From the IMG/VR virus record IMGVR_UViG_3300048908_000128, positions 1-20,007 of that record: a DNA stretch of 20,007 nt; one strand, written 5' to 3'. Below, piece after piece: positions 1-5,513 of this stretch (positions are counted from its first letter, which is position 1; every line of letters begins with the position of its first letter). Origin of the DNA: a virus. The notes under the pieces are model-generated. The model made no database searches and was not told the DNA's origin. It saw only the letters and a program-made list of their open reading frames with translations. The translations under genes and the position numbers were made by a program.

Positions 1-23
1 CTGATCGGGTAAAAACGGGCCCG
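1..23. repeat. Terminal direct repeat, copy 1 (identical to 19985-20007). It marks closure of a circular or permuted 19,984-bp unit.
   Basis: ctgatcgggtaaaaacgggcccg is read at both window ends. Confidence 0.9.
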
Positions 24-44
24 GCGCGGGGTGTCCGCCGGGCC
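11..44 (-). terminator. Candidate intrinsic terminator for minus-strand transcripts
   Basis: A 9-bp GC stem (18-26 with 36-44) has a 9-nt loop. On the minus strand it is followed 2 nt later by TTTTT, the complement of A11-A15. Confidence 0.4.
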
Positions 45-55
45 GGCCCTGCGTC

Positions 56-88
56 AAAAAACGCGCGCGGGATCTCGCGCACGTTTTT
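56..88. terminator. Bidirectional terminator-like hairpin (A6 - GC stem - T5)
   Basis: A56-A61 precedes the stem 62-69/76-83 (8 positions, one C.A mismatch), loop GGATCT, then T84-T88. It reads as a hairpin plus U-tract on either strand. Confidence 0.45.
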
Positions 89-94
89 CGCACG

Positions 95-161
95 CTGCTC
101 GAGCACTGTCGATCGCGTCGCGTCGCTCGGCGAGCACACCTATCGCTCACTGCTCGAGCAC
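95..161. promoter_or_regulatory. Two exact copies of CTGCTCGAGCAC (core 10-bp palindrome TGCTCGAGCA) at 95-106 and 150-161. These are candidate operators upstream of the plus-strand gene.
   Basis: Exact 12-mer repeat with 55 bp start-to-start spacing, in the non-coding region shared by the divergent transcription units. Confidence 0.3.
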
Positions 162-298
162 GTGCGTCGAGCCGGCCGCGCACGGCTGTATCGTGCACGA
201 CCGGCTCGGCGTTCTCGACGGCCGCGGCCGCCCGGCGGGCGGTGAGGGATCGACCGTGCGAGGGCACCATGCTAGCCGGCTCGAGCGTCGCGCAGCGC

Positions 299-304
299 TA
301 GGCT
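299..304 (+). promoter_or_regulatory. Candidate -10 hexamer TAGGCT (TANNNT type) positioned for a leaderless transcript of CDS 312..668
   Basis: The hexamer ends 7 nt before the GTG start. No Shine-Dalgarno sequence is visible upstream of the GTG. Confidence 0.25.
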
Positions 305-311
305 GCGCCCC

Positions 312-668
312 GTGATCCTTTATCACTTCACCTGTGAGCACGCGGCCGCCGGCATCCTCGGCGACGGCGGGGTGATCGTGCCGCGGGTGCACCCGCTGCT
401 CGGCTACGGGGTCGTGTGGCTGAGTCTCGAGCCGGCGCCCACGGCGGCCGCCCTCGGCCTCGCATCCCGGCAGCTCGTCACGTGCGATCGCATGGCTGCC
501 CGGTTCGTCGTCGACGAGCCCGTCGACGCGGTGCCCTGGTACAGCGTGCGGGATCGGCTGCCCGGCCCGCTCGCGCGGCAGCTCACGATCGCGTTTCAGG
601 CAGCGCTCGGCACACGCCCGGGTGTGTGGTATCTCTCGAGGGTGCCGCAGCGCGGCCGCCTCGGGTGA
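312..668 (+). CDS. Hypothetical 118-aa protein and the only plus-strand gene. Its N-terminus (LYHFT...AAGILGDGGVIVP...VVWLS) is reminiscent of minimal ART-like/HYD1-type toxin domains. That similarity is unverified.
   Basis: GTG start. Third codon positions are almost all G/C in this frame and the composition looks like a real protein, whereas the antisense ORF 147..734 is an R/P-rich artefact. The stop TGA at 666-668 lies inside the left arm of the 663-736 hairpin. Confidence 0.75.
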   Translation: MILYHFTCEHAAAGILGDGGVIVPRVHPLLGYGVVWLSLEPAPTAAALGLASRQLVTCDRMAARFVVDEPVDAVPWYSVRDRLPGPLARQLTIAFQAALGTRPGVWYLSRVPQRGRLG

Positions 669-736
669 CGTCACCTGACAGCGGCACGGGCCAACCGGGG
701 GGTGCCGGCCCGTGCCGCTGTCAGGTGACGTCACCC
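663..736. terminator. 30-bp perfect inverted repeat (663-692 with 707-736, 14-nt loop) between the convergent genes 312..668(+) and 764..958(-). It is a likely bidirectional terminator, and each arm carries a GTGACGTCAC palindrome.
   Basis: The arms GGGTGACGTCACCTGACAGCGGCACGGGCC and GGCCCGTGCCGCTGTCAGGTGACGTCACCC are exact reverse complements. There is no U-tract on either side, as in I-shaped actinobacterial terminators. Confidence 0.6.
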
Positions 737-763
737 CGTCACGTGACGGGGTGACGTCACGTG
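734..763. promoter_or_regulatory. Palindrome pair: CCCCGTCACGTGACGGGG (734-751, 18 bp perfect) followed by GTGACGTCAC (751-760)
   Basis: Read directly. Both belong to the GTCAC/GTGAC palindrome family also seen at 3565-3627 and 11889-11965. Confidence 0.5.
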
Positions 764-958
764 CTATTCGGGCCCGGGTGCGTCGACCTGCAGCCGCAGC
801 TCGGCGTCGAATCCCTGCGCCCAGCTAATCCGGGTGCCGGGGGACAGGTAGACATGGGCGCCGGCGTGCTCGGCCTCGAGCTGGCAGGGGATGCCGGGCC
901 CGAGCCGCAGCACGGCGTCACACGTGGCGGTGTCGGCGGGTGCCGTGTCACGTGTCAT
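764..958 (-). CDS. Hypothetical 64-aa protein (MTRDTAPADTATCDAV...)
   Basis: The ATG at 958 forms an ATGA overlap with the stop of the upstream Lsr2-like gene. GC3 is high in this frame. It is the last gene before the 663-736 hairpin. Confidence 0.6.
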   Translation of the reverse strand: MTRDTAPADTATCDAVLRLGPGIPCQLEAEHAGAHVYLSPGTRISWAQGFDAELRLQVDAPGPE

Positions 959-1290
959 GCGTGCGTTTCGTGCCACAGGTCGACGACGTGCGCCGGCATC
1001 CGGCCGCGGGCCGATTCGGTCATGTGCCCCTCGGCGATCGCCCATTCGCGAATCTCGCGACGCTGTATGGCCTCGGGTGTCGACGCCCGTCGACGGGATC
1101 TCGTCGACGACGGCCGTGCCGGCGAGATCCGCCGGGCGGCGTCGAGATACGGGGCGAGCGCATCGCGTAGCTGCTGCTCGTTGTCGGGTGCGAGATCGAT
1201 CGCGTATGCCGTGCCGTCGAGCGCGAAATCGACCTGTCGCGCGTCGGGGGTGCCGTCGATATCGTCAGTGCGAACCGTGATAGTTGCCAT
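955..1290 (-). CDS. lsr2: Lsr2-like nucleoid-associated protein (xenogeneic-silencer family)
   Basis: The N-terminus TVRTDDIDGTPDARQVDFALDGTAYAIDLAPDNEQQLRDALAPYLDAARR matches the Lsr2 dimerisation domain pattern. A basic linker follows. The C-terminus IREWAIAEGHMTESARGRMPAHVVDLW matches the Lsr2 RGR DNA-binding motif. Confidence 0.85.
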   Translation of the reverse strand: MATITVRTDDIDGTPDARQVDFALDGTAYAIDLAPDNEQQLRDALAPYLDAARRISPARPSSTRSRRRASTPEAIQRREIREWAIAEGHMTESARGRMPAHVVDLWHETHA

Positions 1291-1329
1291 TGCCTGTATG
1301 CCTGTTTCTCGTCGGGGGGATGGGGGGGT

Positions 1330-2229
1330 TTATGCGACGGCCGGGGCGACGTCGTCGACGCCGGCGGGAATGTCGAGGGTCGGCGCGTCGCCGACCGCCG
1401 GCCATGTTTCCTTCCCGGGGCGAAACCGGATCTGCCGCAGCTCGACGCCGTCAGTCCATGCGTTCCATGTCTTAATCAGCGCGGCCGCGCCGATCGCACC
1501 CCGGTAGGCATTCGTCGTCGCCGGGTAGCCACTTTCGGACAGCAGCCAACGCCGCAGGGTGAGCAGCGGTGCGCCGACCGATAGGCCGGCGCCCGACTCG
1601 AACCGCTCGACGAAATCGTCGAATAGGCCGTCGCCGGGCTGCGACTCGAGGATCAGTGTGAGCCCGCTTGTCATCCATGACCGCATCCCGTTGCGCCCGA
1701 GCGCGGCCGCGATCGCCCGCGCTTTCGGGATCACCTGCCGCATGATCTCGCCCCGCTCGCCGGTTACGAAATCGATTACGTCGCGGGTCGTGAACAGTTG
1801 CCGCACTTCTGCCGACGGTAACCGCCGGCTGCCGGCGATCTCGCCATAGACGAGCGTCAGCCGGGCCGCGGCAGCGGTCACGTTCGCGTCGGCGATCCCG
1901 CCGATGTGCAGCACGCTCGCCGTCGAGCGGGTCAGCCCCGAATCGATCGTGTCGAACGTGTCGCGCGGCACGTCGAACGCGACCGACATCCGCACGGCCG
2001 GCATGTGCGACCGGATCACGGCGAGCAGCCTGTGCTGCCCATCGATCAGCACCCCGTCGTCGGCTATCGCGATCGCCTGATGAGTGACGCGCCATTGCCC
2101 GCGCTCCATTGCGTGCGCGTAGGCCGATACCCGGTTCGCGGTCGGGTGTCGCTGCCGGATCTGTTCGGATGCCGCGTCTAGCCATGCTCGCGCTTGCTCG
2201 GGGGTGACGTCGACTGTTTCAACACGCAT
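1330..2229 (-). CDS. ParB/Srx-superfamily N-terminal domain protein (DGQHR motif), 299 aa
   Basis: The motif GVLIDGQHRLLAV lies about 60 aa from the N-terminus, typical of ParB-like nuclease / DGQHR domains. The ATG is preceded by GAGAGGG at SD distance. The C-terminal roughly 200 aa are unassigned. Confidence 0.7.
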   Translation of the reverse strand: MRVETVDVTPEQARAWLDAASEQIRQRHPTANRVSAYAHAMERGQWRVTHQAIAIADDGVLIDGQHRLLAVIRSHMPAVRMSVAFDVPRDTFDTIDSGLTRSTASVLHIGGIADANVTAAAARLTLVYGEIAGSRRLPSAEVRQLFTTRDVIDFVTGERGEIMRQVIPKARAIAAALGRNGMRSWMTSGLTLILESQPGDGLFDDFVERFESGAGLSVGAPLLTLRRWLLSESGYPATTNAYRGAIGAAALIKTWNAWTDGVELRQIRFRPGKETWPAVGDAPTLDIPAGVDDVAPAVA

Positions 2230-2248
2230 GGGGGATGCCCTCTCAGAT

Positions 2249-2818
2249 TCATCGGAAACGGGGCGATATGGGACGCCCGTTACCGGCGATCGTAGCGTCG
2301 TCGCCGTAGGGCGACGTGATTTTCGCGCCTTTGATCCCGTTGTGCGTCTGGCACAGGGGTTGTAAATTCCGCATGTCGTCAGTGCCGCCCAGTGCGCGCG
2401 GGATCACGTGATCGATCTGTGTCGCGCGGGTCGTGATGCCCTCGCGCCGGCATTGCCAACAGTGCCGCCCGTGCGTGCGATATGCCTGTTCGCATATCCG
2501 CTTACGGTAATTGCCGACCCAACAGGGCAGCGTGTCTAGGTGCGGCCGCTTGCAGCGGCTACAGTTTGGGACGGACCCGCCCGCCACGGTTGACACGATT
2601 GGGACGCCTGTTATACGTGGCGGGCGGGGCTGCAGCGAGGATTTCGGGTCGCCTCGAGATCTCGGGATGCCGGCAGCAGACATGGCGGGGCGACGCTCGC
2701 GCTGTGCTCGAGCGTCGCCCCTGTCCCCATGTGCGCCGTGCCGTGCATCGGTATCGACCATAGCGCCGATATATCGAATCGCCGCATCCTTTGGAAACGA
2801 AACGATGCAATGATGCAA
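2249..2818 (-). CDS. HNH endonuclease. The start is uncertain, and the real start is probably internal (ATG 2683, or GTG 2596/2587).
   Basis: The C-terminal domain is CSRC...CWQCRREG...IDHVIPRALGGTDDMRNLQPLCQTHNGIKG (HNH with CxxC pairs). The longest ORF starts at a TTG. Its first roughly 45 codons cover a lower-GC stretch and a 13-bp perfect hairpin. Confidence 0.8.
   Translation of the reverse strand: MHHCIVSFPKDAAIRYIGAMVDTDARHGAHGDRGDARAQRERRPAMSAAGIPRSRGDPKSSLQPRPPRITGVPIVSTVAGGSVPNCSRCKRPHLDTLPCWVGNYRKRICEQAYRTHGRHCWQCRREGITTRATQIDHVIPRALGGTDDMRNLQPLCQTHNGIKGAKITSPYGDDATIAGNGRPISPRFR
2687..2721. other. 13-bp perfect GC-rich hairpin (2687-2699 with 2709-2721, 9-nt loop) immediately upstream of the ATG at 2683
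   Basis: GGGGCGACGCTCG and CGAGCGTCGCCCC are exact reverse complements. No U-tract follows. Confidence 0.5.
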
Positions 2819-2850
2819 GCTCTTGACTTAACGGGCCGGCATCCGGTATC

Positions 2851-3129
2851 TCACCACACGCCGGCATCGGCCAGCCGGTTACGGGCGGTGCGTTTCGCGG
2901 CCCGCGCGACGTCGTACTCGGCGAGCACGTCGTCGAGCCCGCTGCAGCCGGCGGCCGCGGCGATCGCGACGATCGCGGCGAATGCCGGCGCATCCGTGCG
3001 CCGGATCTCGTCGAGCACGTCGGCGATCAGGTCGGCGGCATCCTGCATGTCATGCTCGGCCTGATACTCGGCATCCTCGAGCCTGTTGATCTCGGCCTGC
3101 GTCAGTGGCTCGACGTCGTCGCCGGTCAT
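2851..3129 (-). CDS. Hypothetical acidic helical protein, 92 aa
   Basis: The ATG at 3129 forms an ATGA overlap with the stop of the upstream gene. The sequence MTGDDVEPLTQAEINRLEDAEYQAEHDMQDAADLIADVLDEI... looks like a real protein. Confidence 0.65.
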   Translation of the reverse strand: MTGDDVEPLTQAEINRLEDAEYQAEHDMQDAADLIADVLDEIRRTDAPAFAAIVAIAAAAGCSGLDDVLAEYDVARAAKRTARNRLADAGVW

Positions 3130-3569
3130 CCTAGGATCGCTTTGATCTCGCGTCGCGGCATGACGAGCGCGCCGTGCTCGCCGAGCGGCTGCAGGCCGAA
3201 TTCGTCGCGGTGCCGCCGGATCGCGTGCACACTGATGCCCAGCGCCTCGGCGGCGATCTCGAGCGGCACGAAACCGGGCAGCGTGTCGACGAGCTGCGAG
3301 ATCGGCGGCCGCTGCTGCAGCATGCCGCTCGACGAGCGTTCGACGGCCGTCGACGGGGTCGGCACGGGCCCGCGGGCCGGCTGATCGGGTCGTTCGTAAT
3401 CGGCCGGGATCAGCCATGCCCCGTCGAGCTTCATCGCCCCCGGGATGCCGTCGGCTAGCCAGCGTTTCAGCGTCCGGTCACTGATCGGCCGGCCGGCTCG
3501 CGATCGCAGGTCAAGAAATCCGGCGAACGTGACGAGCTGTGCAGGGGTGTCATTAGGTGTATCTGTCAT
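3126..3569 (-). CDS. DNA-binding protein with two tandem excisionase/MerR-like winged-HTH domains, 147 aa
   Basis: N-terminal domain: VTFAGFLDLRSRAGRPISDRTLKRWLADGIPGAMKLDGAWLIP. C-terminal domain: FVPLEIAAEALGISVHAIRRHRDEFGLQPLGEHGALVMPRREIKAI. Both fit the excisionase-type HTH pattern. The ATG start is embedded in the GTCAC-repeat array. Confidence 0.75.
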   Translation of the reverse strand: MTDTPNDTPAQLVTFAGFLDLRSRAGRPISDRTLKRWLADGIPGAMKLDGAWLIPADYERPDQPARGPVPTPSTAVERSSSGMLQQRPPISQLVDTLPGFVPLEIAAEALGISVHAIRRHRDEFGLQPLGEHGALVMPRREIKAILG

Positions 3570-3627
3570 GTGACAACCCTACGTCACGTGACGTCACACT
3601 GTCACCCGTCGTCACGTGCCATGTCAC
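3565..3627. promoter_or_regulatory. Array of seven GTCAC/GTGAC pentamers, including the 14-bp perfect palindrome ACGTCACGTGACGT (3581-3594) and GTGACGTCAC (3588-3597). This is a candidate operator or binding-site cluster.
   Basis: Read directly. It fills the whole 32-nt gap between the stop of 3602..3805 and the start of the wHTH gene, and extends into both genes. Confidence 0.55.
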
Positions 3628-3805
3628 CCGCGGTCGGGTCGGGGGTCGCTATCAGCATCCAGCCGTGTTCCCATAGCGGGCCGTCTGTGAGGATCACGAG
3701 CCCGGGCCCGTATAGACGCTGCAGCGCCCGCACGAGATCTCGCATGCCGGCGGCCGGCATCGGGTATCTCAGCTTTGCGACGACGCGGGCGGGGTCGGTA
3801 ATCAC
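3602..3805 (-). CDS. Hypothetical 67-aa protein (start uncertain)
   Basis: GTG start with reasonable GC3. TACGAT (complement of 3812-3817) lies 6 nt upstream, consistent with a leaderless promoter. Confidence 0.5.
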   Translation of the reverse strand: MITDPARVVAKLRYPMPAAGMRDLVRALQRLYGPGLVILTDGPLWEHGWMLIATPDPTAGDMARDDG

Positions 3806-3811
3806 CCTCGG

Positions 3812-3817
3812 ATCGTA
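3812..3817 (-). promoter_or_regulatory. Candidate -10 hexamer TACGAT (TANNNT) for a leaderless transcript starting at the GTG at 3805
   Basis: There are 6 nt between the hexamer and the start codon, and no separate SD. Confidence 0.25.
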
Positions 3818-4300
3818 ACGTCGGGCGCCGGCGGCCGCTTATGTATACCGTCCCGTTGTGCATGCCGGGTAGCGGAGGGAGGGCAGAGGGCCGCTCCCCC
3901 CCCACAGGGGAGGGAGTGCACGCCGGTATAGCATCGGTCGGTATATCGGTATAGCCCCGGCAGGGCGAGCCTGCCGACGTCGGGATATGTGAGCGGCAGC
4001 CCCCTGATTAAAGAGGTGATAGCGACATAGACGCCCGTGCGGGTCGCGCTTCCGTCACTCGGCCCCTGCCGGCCGGTCAGCAATGCCGGCTCGAGGGGAG
4101 GGTTATCTGATCGCCCTCTAACGGTCAGTCACCCGGCCCCCGGGGCTACCCGCCCTAATGGGCGGGATCGTGGCCGGGCTTGTGTGAGCCAGTGTGAGTT
4201 TTTGCGAGTTGTTCTCTCGGCGATCCGTCGGCGTGTCGTCGCTTTCATCGCTCGGCGTATGTCTGTCGGGTCTGTTACGCTTACCCCTAGGTTTTCGTGC

Positions 4301-4338
4301 TGAAATCCAACCTAGGGCGGCCAATCGGCCGCCCTAGG
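4301..4338 (-). terminator. Strong hairpin CCTAGGGCGGCC-AATC-GGCCGCCCTAGG (4311-4338). It is a candidate terminator ending the long minus-strand structural operon.
   Basis: 12-bp perfect stem with a 4-nt loop. On the minus strand it is followed by TTGGATTTCA, and on the plus strand by TGTTTCC. Confidence 0.55.
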
Positions 4339-4511
4339 TGTTTCCGGCGGCGTGTCGACGAATCCAGATCTCGACGAGCCGGGCCCGCGGAAATCGACGT
4401 CACAGGATGCCCTGTGCCGCACGAAACCGGGTCGGGTGATAGTAGGACCGCTAAACGCCGGGGGACAGCGTCTAGCGGCCGCACAGGGCCGCTCACAGTG
4501 TGGGGCCGTTT

Positions 4512-4649
4512 TCACAGCAGCCCCCGGGCCGTCAGCAGCAGCACGAGACACGTGCCGGCGATCACGGCCGCGGCGACCATACCGACGACCGATGCGAGCA
4601 CGTAGGGACGCGGGTCACGACGCGCCCAATCCGGCCGGCGCGTCATCAT
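4512..4649 (-). CDS. Small membrane protein, 45 aa, one TM helix (possible holin-like or membrane protein)
   Basis: MMTRRPDWARRDPRPYVLASVVGMVAAAVIAGTCLVLLLTARGLL has a basic N-terminus followed by a hydrophobic helix. ATGATGA overlap with the upstream stop. Confidence 0.55.
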   Translation of the reverse strand: MMTRRPDWARRDPRPYVLASVVGMVAAAVIAGTCLVLLLTARGLL

Positions 4650-4912
4650 TGCCGCCCGACCTGCAGCACTTCGCGCACGCCGGCGCCGGCGCCGTACTCG
4701 GCAGCACAGAATGCGCACGCGAGCACGTCATGCGTCGCGAGCAGCCTGTGCAGCTCGAGCTGCACCCGCCGGCAGCACGGCAGACACACGTCGACGGCCG
4801 TGCTGCAGCAGCGCGTCGAGATCCGCCGGCGGGCCGGCCGGCCGCAGCCGATGCACGCGACGACGTCGTCGACGGCCGCCGGCGATCGCTGCTCGAGAAT
4901 GGCTCTCATCAT
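4646..4912 (-). CDS. Cys-rich (three CxxC) putative zinc-binding protein, 88 aa
   Basis: Contains CIGC, CLPCC and CAFC motifs. ATGA overlap with the upstream gene. Confidence 0.6.
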   Translation of the reverse strand: MMRAILEQRSPAAVDDVVACIGCGRPARRRISTRCCSTAVDVCLPCCRRVQLELHRLLATHDVLACAFCAAEYGAGAGVREVLQVGRQ

Positions 4913-5091
4913 TCGATCCCCTCTATCACCCCGTCGTCGACGGGCACGGCCGGCCGGGTGACGACGTCGCCGCCCCGGGTCACGACCCGCCCGTCGTCAC
5001 GATTCCCGCAGCCATGCACGCACCAACCGGATACCGGGTCGTACCTGTGCCGCTTGCCCGGCCGGCATTCCCGCGCCCAGCGCGCCGGCAT
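4909..5091 (-). CDS. Hypothetical 60-aa protein (Cys/His containing)
   Basis: ATG preceded by GGGGTGAG. The 3' end overlaps the next start (ATGA). Confidence 0.5.
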   Translation of the reverse strand: MPARWARECRPGKRHRYDPVSGWCVHGCGNRDDGRVVTRGGDVVTRPAVPVDDGVIEGIE

Positions 5092-5097
5092 GGCTGC

Positions 5098-5496
5098 TCA
5101 CCCCGCCCCGACCGCTCGAGGGGTCGCGCGTAGCTGCACGGCGATCACGTGCGGCTGTGTCAGCCGCGCCCAGATCCCCGCCGGCACCCGCACGGCCGGG
5201 TAGGCCGTTTCCCGCGGCCGAAACATGGCATGGATGCCGTCATACGTCGTGATCGGCATCCAGTACAGCCGCGACGAGCTGCCGGCCATGCTCGACGACG
5301 GCACGACGACGCGCAGCTCGAGCTGCACGGGATGCCCCATGCGTTCCCACGTCGACGGGGTGATCTCGACGCGCACGCCGGCCGGCTGCCCGAGCGCGCC
5401 GGCGAACGCGACGACGTCGCCGTCGAGCAGCCGCAGCTCGAGCAGATAACGCTGCTCGAGCGGCTGTATCGACGCCGTGCTCGGATGCGCGCCCAT
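5098..5496 (-). CDS. Hypothetical 132-aa protein
   Basis: ATG preceded by GGGGGTGA at SD distance. Protein-like composition. Confidence 0.6.
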   Translation of the reverse strand: MGAHPSTASIQPLEQRYLLELRLLDGDVVAFAGALGQPAGVRVEITPSTWERMGHPVQLELRVVVPSSSMAGSSSRLYWMPITTYDGIHAMFRPRETAYPAVRVPAGIWARLTQPHVIAVQLRATPRAVGAG

Positions 5497-5513
5497 GCCG
5501 TCACCCCCGGTCG

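Larger units (their letters stand above)
3806..4511. other. About 700-bp non-coding, locally lower-GC block rich in repeats and hairpins. It may be a regulatory region, an origin or a structured RNA.
   Basis: No ORF has protein-like composition or an SD. The block contains CGGTATA repeats, GGAGGGAG repeats flanking a C8 run, nested GC hairpins, TGTGAG repeats and three CCTAGG copies forming mutually exclusive hairpins. Confidence 0.6.

Noticed and set aside
147-734. 195-aa minus-strand ORF overlapping the plus-strand gene 312..668
   Set aside because: It has R/P-rich composition and runs straight through the 663-736 hairpin. The plus frame has near-saturated GC3 and a protein-like sequence.
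2823-2852. Plus-strand sigma70-like promoter TTGACT-18 nt-TATCTC
   Set aside because: The -10 lacks the conserved final T, and the promoter would only drive antisense transcription into 2851..3569. It is kept as a remote possibility for an antisense RNA.
3867-3890. G-quadruplex-type motif (four GGG tracts with short loops)
   Set aside because: Such motifs are expected by chance in GC-rich DNA. Pairing with the adjacent C8 run explains the G-tracts at least as well.
4149-4166. CCCGCCC-TAAT-GGGCGGG hairpin considered as a tRNA anticodon arm or attP core
   Set aside because: The loop is too short for an anticodon arm. No T-arm (GTTCRA) or acceptor pairing lies nearby, and there is no integrase in the genome.
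3802-4496. ORFs inside the non-coding block: 3802..4083(-), 4037..4303(+), 4118..4324(-) and 4287..4496(-)
   Set aside because: No SD lies at a usable distance, and composition is junk-like (R/P/S/T-rich). GC3 of 4287..4496 is about 64% by hand count. The ORFs span hairpins and repeats. A small peptide gene cannot be fully excluded.
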